From: Spirochaetales bacterium
GTDB lineage: Bacteria > Spirochaetota > Spirochaetia > JABEVK01
Direction: 5' to 3'
DNA length: 64,000 bases
Assembly: GCA_037142615.1 (NCBI GenBank)
Contig: JBAXAI010000012.1
Span: 34,066-98,065 of the forward strand
The notes beneath the pieces were generated by a model. The model worked only from the letters and a program-made list of their open reading frames with translations. It made no database searches and had not been told where the DNA came from. Shown in pieces: positions 1 to 9,716 of the stretch. A program made the position numbers and the translations under genes. Within the stretch, counting starts at the first letter, position 1. Each line of letters starts with the position of its first letter.

Positions 1-1155
1 GCGGGCGCCGAGGTCGGTCGCGGCGTGGTAATAGGTTGCCGCCGACAAAACGTCGCGGGCGTAGACCGTGAACTCCTTTTCGCCAACCAGCAACTTCAGG
101 GGCAGCGCGAGGTCGTCCAGCCCGAGCGATCGCGAGAGGGTGAGGTCGAGCGTGGCAGAAGGACCGGCCTTGGGCGGCGCAAAGGTCGGGGTCGGCGGCA
201 GGCTAGCAGGGGCGAGGACCTCGGGGTTGTTGATCGAGTCGCGAAGCAGGCCCTTGGCCTTGTCGAACACGAAGCGGACAAGGGTGTTGTCGTTACCGGG
301 CGCGGGGGCCGGAACCTGGAGGGTCAGGTTGTCGCCGCCGGGAGCGGCGTCCTTGCCCCAGTTCTTTTCCCAAGTGCCTCCCTGCGCGACTTTGTACTCG
401 TAGCTGCCGGCCGGGAAAGCCGCGACGAACTCAAACACGCCGGGCGAGGTTTCCCACATGCGGGTGCTATCGCCGTTGGGATTCCACTCGACGCCGCCGA
501 GAGCCGACTGCAGGGTGCCCGGCAGAGTGATCTTGTCGGGGTCGAGTCCCGCTCCCCCGGCTTGGACAGCGGTGACCGACGCCACCGGCAGCGGCTTGCC
601 GTCGAGCGAGAGTTGCACCTGGCTCAGAACCGCCGAGGCCTCGACCGCAGCATCGAGCTTGACCCGGATCCGGTCGGCGGCGTCGAGAAAGGCGTTGCCG
701 GGCAAGGGTTTAGCCGCGACAGGGGCCTTTTTGGGGGGCACCACGTCGGGGGCCTTTACCTTGTCGGGGTTGTTCAGCGAGTCAAACACGGTGTGGCTGT
801 CTTCGCGGAAGACGAACTTGACGATGGTATCCGCGACCAGGACTTTGAGCGGAATATTGTCACCGTGGTCGGCGCCGTTCTTGCCGTAGTTGACGTCCCA
901 CGAACCGTTGATTGCCACTTTGTACTCGAAACTCCCCTTGGGGAGCTTCGCGACGAACTCCCACACACCGTCGCCGACGCTTTCCATGCGGGTGGTTTCG
1001 ACATTGGTGTTCCACGCGGCGCCACCGAGGGCTACCTGAAGGGTGCCGGGGAGTTCCACACGCTCCACTTGGGCAGCCAGGCCTGGTGTGACAAAACTCA
1101 GCGTGACCAACCACAGCAGCAAGGCGAGCCTGCCCGCGACAACTCGGTTTTTCAT
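1..1155 (-). CDS. Secreted pullulanase/alpha-amylase-type enzyme, N-terminal part (runs off the window edge)
   Basis: Not in the ORF track. Manual translation from ATG 1155 (GGAGG upstream) gives a signal peptide MKNRVVAGRLALLLW and two repeats LPGTLQxALGG..W....TRM...GVxEF...P.G.xEYKVA..G.W, resembling amylopullulanase X25 modules. Confidence 0.75.
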   Translation of the reverse strand, partial: MKNRVVAGRLALLLWLVTLSFVTPGLAAQVERVELPGTLQVALGGAAWNTNVETTRMESVGDGVWEFVAKLPKGSFEYKVAINGSWDVNYGKNGADHGDNIPLKVLVADTIVKFVFREDSHTVFDSLNNPDKVKAPDVVPPKKAPVAAKPLPGNAFLDAADRIRVKLDAAVEASAVLSQVQLSLDGKPLPVASVTAVQAGGAGLDPDKITLPGTLQSALGGVEWNPNGDSTRMWETSPGVFEFVAAFPAGSYEYKVAQGGTWEKNWGKDAAPGGDNLTLQVPAPAPGNDNTLVRFVFDKAKGLLRDSINNPEVLAPASLPPTPTFAPPKAGPSATLDLTLSRSLGLDDLALPLKLLVGEKEFTVYARDVLSAATYYHAATDLGAR

Positions 1156-1220
1156 GATTTCCTCCGTCGGCTTGCGTTACTAAACCGGTTCAGGAAGCGT
1201 AAGCCCAGTTCATCCGGCGG

Positions 1221-2141
1221 TCAACGGGAAAGCGTTGTTGTGGCAAGTTGCTCGCCGCTGGTGCCGAGCAAACGGACCTTGAGCGTGGTGGCGTCGTACT
1301 CCACAACGGCGAACCCCAGGGCGGCGCGACGAAACAGCGTGGGATTGCTCCCGTTGACGTGGGTCAGCGTGGCTCCCCCTCCCCCGGCGACGACCAGAAG
1401 TGGATGACCGGCGGCCGCCGCCATCAACTGCAAACCGTGGTCATGACCGGCCAGGTACAAGTCGGCGTGACCGGCGACGACCTCGTCGAAGAACGCCGCG
1501 AACGCTGGCGATTCGCCCGAGGCGTTGCCGTGAGGTCCGTTGGAAAGGTACGGATGATGCCCCAAGACAATCTTCCAGCCCGACAACCCGGAGGTCGAGG
1601 ACGTGGCAAGCCATCCGGTCACCGCAGTCTTTTGAGCGCCCGAAGCCTCCGGGTGCAGGCGCAAGGCGTTGGTGTCGAGCGCCACGAGAGTGCCGGCGCC
1701 AAAGGTTTGCCGGTAAAAGTGCGCCGGCATTTTCCAGGTGGGGGAGTACAACGCATAGGCGAGCTGGTACTCGGCTTTGGCGGGTTCGTCGCCGGCGCCG
1801 TTGCCCCCATAGTCGTGGTTGCCGAGCACCGCGTACACCGGCAAGCCCCAGCTTCCGTAGAGGTCTTCGTACTTGGTCTTCCATTGCGGGTCGATCACCG
1901 AGGTCACACCCGAAGGGTAGAAGTTGTCACCGAGCAGGACGACAAAGTCGACTTTTTCGTGGCTCAGAAAGGTGTGGATGGCGGTGGCGACCAGAGCTTG
2001 GTCGGCTTCGCCGGTTCCGGTGTCGCCCACGGCCACGAAACGGACCAGTGGCTGGGGCACGGGTGCGGGTACAGCGCAGGACGAAGCGGAAACCAAGGCC
2101 CAGAGCAGGGCCAGGAGTGTCGTTCTGCGCGGGGCAGACAT
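1221..2141 (-). CDS. Metallophosphoesterase (purple acid phosphatase-like), probable lipoprotein
   Basis: Motifs GDTG, GDNFY, GNHD, GHH, GHDH; N-terminal signal ending near a Cys. Confidence 0.9.
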   Translation of the reverse strand: MSAPRRTTLLALLWALVSASSCAVPAPVPQPLVRFVAVGDTGTGEADQALVATAIHTFLSHEKVDFVVLLGDNFYPSGVTSVIDPQWKTKYEDLYGSWGLPVYAVLGNHDYGGNGAGDEPAKAEYQLAYALYSPTWKMPAHFYRQTFGAGTLVALDTNALRLHPEASGAQKTAVTGWLATSSTSGLSGWKIVLGHHPYLSNGPHGNASGESPAFAAFFDEVVAGHADLYLAGHDHGLQLMAAAAGHPLLVVAGGGGATLTHVNGSNPTLFRRAALGFAVVEYDATTLKVRLLGTSGEQLATTTLSR

Positions 2142-2707
2142 CAGCGTTCCTCCGATTCCTTTTCGGGTCCGAAGACGGCGAACTCAAGGTCAAGCCGCAC
2201 GGGAAGCTCCCACACGGCGTAGGTGGCGGCGGCGTACCAGGGTGCGGCGGTGTAGCGCAGGCCCACCGACAGCCCAAGGCCGATTCCGGGCTCGTTGGCC
2301 CATTCCAGGCGGGCCTCGGTCTCGCCTCCGAGCAAAGCCTGAGGAGTGAACGCGTCACCCACTTTGCTCAGGGTTGCACCGGCCAGAGCGTGCAAAGCCA
2401 GGTCGGCACTCCAACCGGCCTCGAAAAACGTCTTCCACGTGACACCCAACGGCATCACCACCTGGGCACCGAGACCCGAAGAGTTGGTGGCCAACTCGAG
2501 CCCAAGTTCGGGACGAAAGCCTTGCGGGAGCATCTCGGGGGGGCCCTCGGCCAGCAATTGGATGGCGCCGCTCGTGAGGCCAAACGACGGGGCGTTGTTG
2601 TAGGCCAGACCCGCGAAACCCAGCACACCGAGGCGTAGGTCGATCGCGCTCACAGGTGCGGCGACTCCGATGAAGACGGCCACAAGGGCACACAGGGTTC
2701 GGTTCAT
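2141..2707 (-). CDS. Secreted/outer-membrane hypothetical protein
   Basis: Start MNRTLCALVAVF overlaps the upstream stop (ATGA); signal peptide then beta-strand-like pattern. Confidence 0.65.
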   Translation of the reverse strand: MNRTLCALVAVFIGVAAPVSAIDLRLGVLGFAGLAYNNAPSFGLTSGAIQLLAEGPPEMLPQGFRPELGLELATNSSGLGAQVVMPLGVTWKTFFEAGWSADLALHALAGATLSKVGDAFTPQALLGGETEARLEWANEPGIGLGLSVGLRYTAAPWYAAATYAVWELPVRLDLEFAVFGPEKESEER

Positions 2708-3393
2708 AGGGTGCTCCAGAAGTCGACGAGTTTCTGCGCCAGGTAGTCCCACTGCGCTTCTTTGGTGATGGTGGCGATGCCGTCGCCGCTTTGAACGCCG
2801 TAGTCGCCCCACTGCGCGTGGTTGCCGCCCGTGAGCTTGAGGAACTGGGTCTGCGTTGGCAGGGCGGTGTTAGCCGAAGTGAACTTGTCGCTGGTGGCCA
2901 AGCCGTCCTGGTCGCCGTGGATCGAGATCACGGGTCCGGTCCAGTCGCTCAGAGGGGTGCTGTCGGCAGGGTAGCTTGCCAGCAAGACGAGGCCCTTGAA
3001 CGCCGTCGGGTGGTCGAAGACGGTCCAGGCCGCCGTGGTGCCCCCAAGCGAATGCCCGCCGGCCACCCAGTCGCCCTGCAGTCGCTGGGCGAGCTCGTAA
3101 CCCTTGCCGATCTGCGTGATGGCGAGGTTGAGCGTCACCTTGGCGATGACCACGCGGTAGCCCCGGCCGGCAAACACGCCCAAACTGGCGACGTACGCGT
3201 GCGGGTCGACCAACCCGCCAGGCCAAAACATCAGGCCGATGGGGCTGGCCAGCGCGCCCGTGGGCCGCAGCTCGATGTAGTCGGCGTAGTCGGTGACGGT
3301 GTAGCCAACCGGGGTGGGATACGGGGACGGAAGGTAACTGCAACTGGTAAGAGCCAGCAAAGCCAGCACAAGGAAACTGAGGGGGGCTTTCAT
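2704..3393 (-). CDS. Alpha/beta hydrolase lipoprotein
   Basis: GHSLGG nucleophile elbow, HGDQD, GGNHAQ; lipobox LTSC. Confidence 0.88.
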   Translation of the reverse strand: MKAPLSFLVLALLALTSCSYLPSPYPTPVGYTVTDYADYIELRPTGALASPIGLMFWPGGLVDPHAYVASLGVFAGRGYRVVIAKVTLNLAITQIGKGYELAQRLQGDWVAGGHSLGGTTAAWTVFDHPTAFKGLVLLASYPADSTPLSDWTGPVISIHGDQDGLATSDKFTSANTALPTQTQFLKLTGGNHAQWGDYGVQSGDGIATITKEAQWDYLAQKLVDFWSTL

Positions 3394-3887
3394 CGCTCCA
3401 AGATACGGACAATCTCGCTGACAAGGAAGTCCAGGCCCAGGCTGGCATCGACCACGTGGCGGGCCCAGCGCAGGTACAGCGCTTGGCGCTCGGCGAACAG
3501 CTCGTCGAGACTCTGGCCGGGCGCCCGCACAATGGCACGGGTGTCGGCATTGGGAATGCGCCGACGGACGGTCGCCAGCGGCAAGTCAAGAAAGACCACC
3601 GAACCGAGCCGCGTCAGGTGCTCCATGGCGGGGGTGCTGTAGACGGCGCTTCCTCCGGTTGAGATCACCGCGCGCGGGGCACTGCAACCGAGCAGGGCCT
3701 TTTCTTCACGCTCGAGGAACCCAACGGCTCCGTGCCTGTCGAGCACCTCTTGCGGACGGCAGTGCTCCTGATGCGCAATCAGGTCATCGGTATCGACAAA
3801 GTCGAGGCCCAGGCGGCGAGCCAGGGCTCTGCCGACGGTGCTCTTGCCCGCCCCCGGCATGCCGATCAGAACAATGGACTCGCTCAC
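3390..3887 (-). CDS. aroK: Shikimate kinase
   Basis: GMPGAGKST Walker A, FVDTD, STGGS, ERQALY; GTG start overlapping the GH36 stop. Confidence 0.88.
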   Translation of the reverse strand: MSESIVLIGMPGAGKSTVGRALARRLGLDFVDTDDLIAHQEHCRPQEVLDRHGAVGFLEREEKALLGCSAPRAVISTGGSAVYSTPAMEHLTRLGSVVFLDLPLATVRRRIPNADTRAIVRAPGQSLDELFAERQALYLRWARHVVDASLGLDFLVSEIVRILER

Positions 3888-6280
3888 TTCGCCGCGTCGA
3901 CCTTGGTCAGGTGGTAGAGCCTCGACCCGAAGTCGCCGACCAGTCGCACCTTTTCGTTGAAGCCGGTGCCGGTGAACTGCGGCGAAGGCCGGAAGCCCGC
4001 GTGCATCAGCTCGTCGCCACGCGCGGTGACGGTGTCGGTGCCGAGCGCGTACAAGTAGTTGTCGGCCAGCACGTTGTGGATCACGCCGTTGGCCTTGATC
4101 GGAATCGGTGCCACCTGGCCAATCAGATCGCCCAGCGTGCGGAGGTTGAGGTACTGGGTACGGGTCTGCAGCAGGTAGTCGGACGCCGCATCGAGACCCG
4201 TGAGTCGCAGCGTTTCGTGGCCGCCGTTGGCCGGTTGCAGGCGCTGATAGTAGCCGACGAGGGCCTCGCTCTGGTCGGGACTGACCACCATCCACAGGCA
4301 CACGTTGTTCTCGAAGGGCGAGAGCAAACGGTGAAAGGTGCCAAACTGCAGGGTTTGGCGGTGCCGCTTGTAGTAGGCAACCTGCTTTTCGATCACTTGC
4401 AGTTCAAAGCTGGGCAGCTTGGTCAGGTCGAGCTCGTAACCCAGGAGGCCGAAGGCCGCCACGTGAAAGCGCGTCTCGAGCGGCGTGGTACGGAGCACCT
4501 GGTGACTGGGCGCGCCGCTGACGTGGGCCCCCATCGTGCTGGGCGGGAACACGTAGCTGGTGCCCCACTGGATTCCCTGGCGCTCCACGGCGTCGGTGTC
4601 GTCGCTGGTCCAGGTTTGCGGCATGTACGCGAGCATCCCGAGGTCGAACCGGTTGCCCCCGCTGGAGCAGCTTTCGAACAACACGTCGGGGAAGGCTTCG
4701 ACGAGCCGCTGCAGCAGCGCGTACAAGCCCAAAACGTTGCGGTGCAACACTTCTTTCTGCTGGCTGGCGGGCAGCCACGAACTGTAGACGTCGCTGAAGT
4801 TGCGGTTGTGGTCCCACTTGACGTAGCTGACGCGAGCGCGCTGGAACACGCCGCCCAGGATGCCAAACAGGTAGTCTTGCACCGCCGGATTGCCGAGGTC
4901 GAGGAGCAGTTGGTGGCGACCCAGCGACGGTTCGCGGCCGGGCAGTTGCAGGGCCCATTCGGGGTGGGCGCGGTACAGGTCGCTGTCGATGCTGACCATC
5001 TCGGGTTCGACCCACAGGCCGAACTCGAGGCCGGTCTTGTGGATCTTGTCGGCCAGACCTTCCAGCCCCTTGGGGAGCTTCTTCTTGTGTTCGAACCAGT
5101 CGCCCAGGCTGGTGGTGTCGTTGTCGCGCTTGCCAAACCAGCCGTCGTCGAGCACGAACAGTTCGATGCCAAGTTTTGCCGCCTCCTTGGCGAGCGAGAC
5201 GAGCTTGGCCTCGCTGAAGTCGAAGTAGGTGGCCTCCCAGTTGTTGATGAGAACGGGCCGGGCCACCCCCTGCCAGCGTTTGGCAACCAAATGGTTCTGC
5301 ACCAGCGCGTGGAAGTTGCGGCTCATCCCGCCCAGGCCTTCGGCGCTGAAGGTCATCACCGCTTCGGGGCTTTGGAAGCTTTCGCCGGGGGCGAGCGTCC
5401 AGCCGAAGCCGTGGGGGCTGAGCCCCAGCAGCACGCGGGTGAGGTTGTGGGGGCTGACTTCGGCCGTGGCCCGGTGGTTGCCGCTGTAAACCAGCGCAAA
5501 ACCGAAGGCCTCACCGTGCGTTTCGGTGGCCGCGGGGCTGACGAGGGCCACAAACGGGCTGTGGTCGGCGCTGCTGACGCCCTTCTTGCTGTCCACTCCC
5601 TGAAGCCCGGGGGACAGACCTCGGCGGTGGGGCGTGCGTTCGGCAATCCACTTGCCGTCGAGGGTGACGAGCTCAAAGTGGGCGTGACTGAAGTCGTGCT
5701 GCAGACTGGCCAAGGCCTCGATCTTGAGGTCGGCGCCACCGGTGTTCACGACGCGCGCCGAACGGGCCACGACGTCGGCAGCTTCGAACACGCTCCAACA
5801 GAGAACGAGTTGCAAGCCGCAGTGGCGATCCTCGAGGGTAATTTCCAGCGTTTCAACGTGGTCGCCAAACGTCGAGGGGAGGCCGGCCAAGGCGGGCTTG
5901 GAGGCCAAGAGGCGGTGGCTGGCGTAGCGGGGGTCGTGCGTCGAGGTGCCAGCCAAGGTCGAGGTGCCAGCCAAGGTTGAGGCTCCACCAAACGTGAACT
6001 GGGCCGGAGGCTCGCGGTAGTCGCCCTTCCCACTCCCCGACCACTCCAGGGGAATCGCGTCGAGGTTGAACCCGGGGTGCTTCGGGCTGTAGTCGGTCGA
6101 ACTGCCCCACGAGGTGGCAAAGCTTTGCACCAGCGAGGCAAAGTCCGGCCGGTCGGCCAAACGCTGGCCGTAGTGCAGTTGTTGCAGATGGCCAGTGACG
6201 GTCACGCGGAAGATCAGACTGGTGCGCGCGGTCTGCAGGTGGAACTCGGGGCCGGAAGCAAGCGGATGAACATGGATCAT
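3884..6280 (-). CDS. Alpha-galactosidase (GH36)
   Basis: NNWEATYFDF, LFVLDDGWFG, FGLWVEPEM, YVKWDHNR, CSSGGNRFD; ATG 6280 with AGGAG upstream. Confidence 0.95.
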   Translation of the reverse strand: MIHVHPLASGPEFHLQTARTSLIFRVTVTGHLQQLHYGQRLADRPDFASLVQSFATSWGSSTDYSPKHPGFNLDAIPLEWSGSGKGDYREPPAQFTFGGASTLAGTSTLAGTSTHDPRYASHRLLASKPALAGLPSTFGDHVETLEITLEDRHCGLQLVLCWSVFEAADVVARSARVVNTGGADLKIEALASLQHDFSHAHFELVTLDGKWIAERTPHRRGLSPGLQGVDSKKGVSSADHSPFVALVSPAATETHGEAFGFALVYSGNHRATAEVSPHNLTRVLLGLSPHGFGWTLAPGESFQSPEAVMTFSAEGLGGMSRNFHALVQNHLVAKRWQGVARPVLINNWEATYFDFSEAKLVSLAKEAAKLGIELFVLDDGWFGKRDNDTTSLGDWFEHKKKLPKGLEGLADKIHKTGLEFGLWVEPEMVSIDSDLYRAHPEWALQLPGREPSLGRHQLLLDLGNPAVQDYLFGILGGVFQRARVSYVKWDHNRNFSDVYSSWLPASQQKEVLHRNVLGLYALLQRLVEAFPDVLFESCSSGGNRFDLGMLAYMPQTWTSDDTDAVERQGIQWGTSYVFPPSTMGAHVSGAPSHQVLRTTPLETRFHVAAFGLLGYELDLTKLPSFELQVIEKQVAYYKRHRQTLQFGTFHRLLSPFENNVCLWMVVSPDQSEALVGYYQRLQPANGGHETLRLTGLDAASDYLLQTRTQYLNLRTLGDLIGQVAPIPIKANGVIHNVLADNYLYALGTDTVTARGDELMHAGFRPSPQFTGTGFNEKVRLVGDFGSRLYHLTKVDAAK
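5940..5982. repeat. In-frame 18-bp tandem duplication inside the GH36 gene
   Basis: GTCGAGGTGCCAGCCAAG x2 plus a partial third copy, encoding STLAGTSTLAGTST. Confidence 0.85.
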
Positions 6281-8721
6281 GGTTTCTCCTTGCGGACGTT
6301 TAGGGTCAGCGACTGGGTTCCGGTCTGCACGCCCGACGCGGTCAAAGCAAGCAGGTGGCGTGTTCCGGCGCCGAGGTCGGCCGCACGGGTTCGCACCCAA
6401 ACCGCGCAAACACCGCCAATCAGGGCCACGGTGGTGGGCCCCAAGATTTCGCCGGGACCAGTGAGCGTCAAGGTCACCACTTCGCTCGAGTAGGTGAGCA
6501 CCTGCTCGTGGGTGTCGAGGTGGCGCAGGACGACGCGGGTGACGTCGTAGGTTTCGCGTTCGACCAAGTGCGTCGCGTCGGCCTTCACCTCGAGGCGGGC
6601 CGACTGCGACGGCCCCTTGTCGGTGCGGGCGACCACCTCGCCGTTTTGGAGGGCCTCGAAGGTGTACACCAGCGAGGTCTGACCCCACTGCCCTACGTAG
6701 CGCACGAACAGCGCGGTGAGCCTGGGCAGGCTGAAGCCATGCAACATCAGGAAGCCGGCCCGCAGCTGGGCCGTAAGCGGCAACGCTTTGTCTCCGTGAC
6801 GGACGATGGCGCGGAACAGCCTCTTGAGCATTCGCGACGCCAGCGGCGTCAACCCTTCTTTGGTGACTAGCTGCTCGCCGACAAAATCGTCGATCACCAC
6901 CGGCGGATGCGGCAAGTCAGGCCAGTTTTTCCGGTCCGGGAGAAACTCGGCCAGCACCTCGCCGTTGAGGCTCAGCCGTACCCGGTCGGCGTTGGTGAAG
7001 GCCAGCACCTGCCCCAGCATGCCGCCGTCGCGGTCGCCGGGAATCATGGCCGTGGCCAGCTCGAGCACGGGCACTTCGCTCTGTTGGCTGGCGTAGGCCG
7101 CCGCGGCGAGCTTGGGCAGGCGGAAGATGTCGCTCACGCCGTGGTAGCAGATGTGGTCACCCGAGCCGAAGTCGCGGTGGGTGTTGTAGTCGAACGCGCA
7201 CCAACCAATGGCGCCCGAGCGCTGCGGATGCGCGTAGGCGGCCTGAAGCACCCGCAGGTGACGAAGGGCGTGCTCGATCCGGCGGCTTTCGGTGTCAAAG
7301 CTCTTGGTGGGGAACATGTGGCCGTTGTGCTCGGTGACCAGGAACGGGGCCTTGCGGGGCAAAACTTTCTTCGGGTCGAGGAGCGCTTGGTTGGTGCCCT
7401 TGTGCACAAAGTCATTGTAGGTATAGACATCCTCGAACAGGGCGCTCTTTTCGAAGTTGCGAACCCCGCCGGTTTGCCGGGTGGGGTCGAGCTGGTGAGC
7501 GAGCGCGTTGGTGCGGCGGTAGAACTCGTCGCTGTCGGGGCTCTCGTTGATGCGCACGCCCCACAGGATGACCGAAGGGCGGTTGCGGTCCCGGACAATC
7601 ATGTCGCGCACGTCTTGCAGCGACTGCTCCTGCCAGGCCAGATCGCCGATGTGCTGCCAACCAGGAATCTCCTCGAACACCAAGAGGCCGATCTCGTCGC
7701 AGCGGTCCAAAAAGTGCCGGCTCTGCGGGTAGTGGCTGGTGCGCACCAGGTTCACACCGAGTTCGAACTTCAGCAGGTCTGCGTCGCGGGCCTGGGCCGA
7801 GCGCGGCATGGCGTACCCCACGTGGGGCCACGCCTGGTGGCGGTTGAGCCCGCGCAGCTTGAGAGGTTTGCCGTTGAGCAAGAAGCCCTCGGGCGTGAAG
7901 CGGGCCTCGCGGAAACCGAAGGTGACCTGAGCCGCGTGGGGCCGGGCGCTGACGCCTTCCACTTTCAGCTGGTACAGCGCGGGAGTCTCGGGCGACCAGA
8001 GCTGCACACCTTCGGGGTACAGCGCGCAGACGGCGACTTGCCCGGCGCCGGAGCCGAACTCGAAGTGAAACGGGCGCGTGAGCACGACTTCGGAGCCCTT
8101 CGAAAGAGTCAGCACCAGATCGACGGCGCGGGGACGGGCAAGCTCACCGGAGAGGGGACCGACGAAGTTCAGTTCCACTTCCAGGTGCGGTTGGAGCTCT
8201 GGCGTGCCGGGCAAGACGTCGAGGGTCTTCACAAAGGTGTCGACCAGGTGGAAGGGCTCGACCCACTCCAGCTGCACCTCTCGGTAGATGCCGGCGAAAG
8301 TGAGGTAGTCGACCACGTAGCCAAAGGGGGGAATGCGCTTGTCCTCGTGCCCGTCGACCAGCACCTCGACGACATTCTCTTGCCCGGCAACGAGTTGGTC
8401 GGTGAGGTCGAAGGTGAACGGGGTATAGCCGCCCAAGTGTTCCCCCACCAGGGTGAGCGGTCCGACGGAGGCCGAGGCCGGTCCCACGCGAACCTCCGCC
8501 CGTGCCATGACGCCCTCGAAGTGGATCAGGGTTCGCAGGCCGGGGCGCAGCGCGTCGGGCGGGAGGATCTTGCGGTAGCGGCTGACAAAGTGGAACTCGG
8601 TCTCGCTGAAGTTGTTGAGCGGCAGGTCGGTGGTGGAATGCGGCAGGTCGACCAGATCGCAGGCGTCACCAACAGGGTCGCGGAACCACTGCCAGCCGAA
8701 GTTGAGGGGTGTGCTGTTCAT
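6277..8721 (-). CDS. Beta-galactosidase (GH2)
   Basis: GGYTPF, GIYREV, LRGLNRHQ, VRTSHYPQ, WGVRINES. Confidence 0.92.
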   Translation of the reverse strand: MNSTPLNFGWQWFRDPVGDACDLVDLPHSTTDLPLNNFSETEFHFVSRYRKILPPDALRPGLRTLIHFEGVMARAEVRVGPASASVGPLTLVGEHLGGYTPFTFDLTDQLVAGQENVVEVLVDGHEDKRIPPFGYVVDYLTFAGIYREVQLEWVEPFHLVDTFVKTLDVLPGTPELQPHLEVELNFVGPLSGELARPRAVDLVLTLSKGSEVVLTRPFHFEFGSGAGQVAVCALYPEGVQLWSPETPALYQLKVEGVSARPHAAQVTFGFREARFTPEGFLLNGKPLKLRGLNRHQAWPHVGYAMPRSAQARDADLLKFELGVNLVRTSHYPQSRHFLDRCDEIGLLVFEEIPGWQHIGDLAWQEQSLQDVRDMIVRDRNRPSVILWGVRINESPDSDEFYRRTNALAHQLDPTRQTGGVRNFEKSALFEDVYTYNDFVHKGTNQALLDPKKVLPRKAPFLVTEHNGHMFPTKSFDTESRRIEHALRHLRVLQAAYAHPQRSGAIGWCAFDYNTHRDFGSGDHICYHGVSDIFRLPKLAAAAYASQQSEVPVLELATAMIPGDRDGGMLGQVLAFTNADRVRLSLNGEVLAEFLPDRKNWPDLPHPPVVIDDFVGEQLVTKEGLTPLASRMLKRLFRAIVRHGDKALPLTAQLRAGFLMLHGFSLPRLTALFVRYVGQWGQTSLVYTFEALQNGEVVARTDKGPSQSARLEVKADATHLVERETYDVTRVVLRHLDTHEQVLTYSSEVVTLTLTGPGEILGPTTVALIGGVCAVWVRTRAADLGAGTRHLLALTASGVQTGTQSLTLNVRKEKP

Positions 8722-9695
8722 GAGTGTTGGTAGATCTCCTTGACGATGTCGGCGATGTCGGGGTCTTCGATGGCGAGGTCTTTCACCTCGCGCTCCTGCA
8801 CCACGCGGGCGATCAGGTCGCCGGACCGGATCCCTTCGCGGGGGAAGCGCAGCACGAGGCGGTCGGGGGTCTCTTCGGCGGTGACGCCTTCGGGCAGCCC
8901 GGTGAGCGGTGCGCCGCCGGGTCGTCCCAGGTCAAAACTGATGCGTCGTATGCGGCCGTAGCGGTCGCGCAAATCGTTCTGGCTACCGTCGAAAGCCTGC
9001 TTGCCGTCGTCGATGACAATGATGCGCCCGCAGATCTGCTCAATATCGCCCAGGTCGTGCGTGGTGAGGAAGATGGTGGTTCCCCGGTTCTTGTTCACGT
9101 CCTTGATGGCTTCGCGCAGGCGTTCCTTCACCACGAGGTCGAGGCCGATGGTGGGTTCGTCGAGGAACAGGATTTTGGGGTCGTGGAGCAGGCTGGCGGC
9201 AAAATCGGCACGCATCCTCTGGCCCAGACTCAAGTTGCGCACCGGCGTCAGGTAGAACTCGTCGAGCTCGAGGATTTTCTTGAACCACGCGAGGTTCTCG
9301 TCGAAGCGGGCCTGGGGCACCTGGTAGAGCCGCCGCAGAATGCCCAGGCTCTCGCTCACGGGCAGGTCCCACCACAGCTGCGTGCGCTGGCCGAACACCA
9401 CACCGATGTTTTGGGCGTTCTTCTGGCGGTTCTTGTGCGCCTCGGCCCCGAACACCCGGCATTGGCCCGACGTGGGGTGCAGAATCCCGGTCATCATTTT
9501 GATGGTGGTGCTCTTGCCGGCGCCGTTGACCCCGATAAAGCCGATGGACTCGCCACCGGCGATGCTCAGGCTCAGGTCGTCCACCGCGCGTTTGACGGTG
9601 TATTCCCGGCTGAAGAGCGTCTTGAACGCGCCGCCGAGGCCCTCGTGCTTTTTGGGAGTGCGGAACTCCTTGGTCAGATGCTCCAGCTCGATCAC
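8718..9695 (-). CDS. ABC transporter ATP-binding protein (DrrA/NatA-like)
   Basis: GVNGAGKST, LSLGQ signature, LFLDEPTIGLD. Confidence 0.93.
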   Translation of the reverse strand: MIELEHLTKEFRTPKKHEGLGGAFKTLFSREYTVKRAVDDLSLSIAGGESIGFIGVNGAGKSTTIKMMTGILHPTSGQCRVFGAEAHKNRQKNAQNIGVVFGQRTQLWWDLPVSESLGILRRLYQVPQARFDENLAWFKKILELDEFYLTPVRNLSLGQRMRADFAASLLHDPKILFLDEPTIGLDLVVKERLREAIKDVNKNRGTTIFLTTHDLGDIEQICGRIIVIDDGKQAFDGSQNDLRDRYGRIRRISFDLGRPGGAPLTGLPEGVTAEETPDRLVLRFPREGIRSGDLIARVVQEREVKDLAIEDPDIADIVKEIYQHS

Positions 9696-9716
9696 AGCGC
9701 CCTCCTCACGGTCAAC

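Noticed and set aside
1187-1224. Fifth regulon box upstream of the pullulanase-type gene
   Set aside because: Only TTGACC and ATGAAC are in 11-bp register, and no -10 lies at the 26-27 nt offset seen at the other four promoters.
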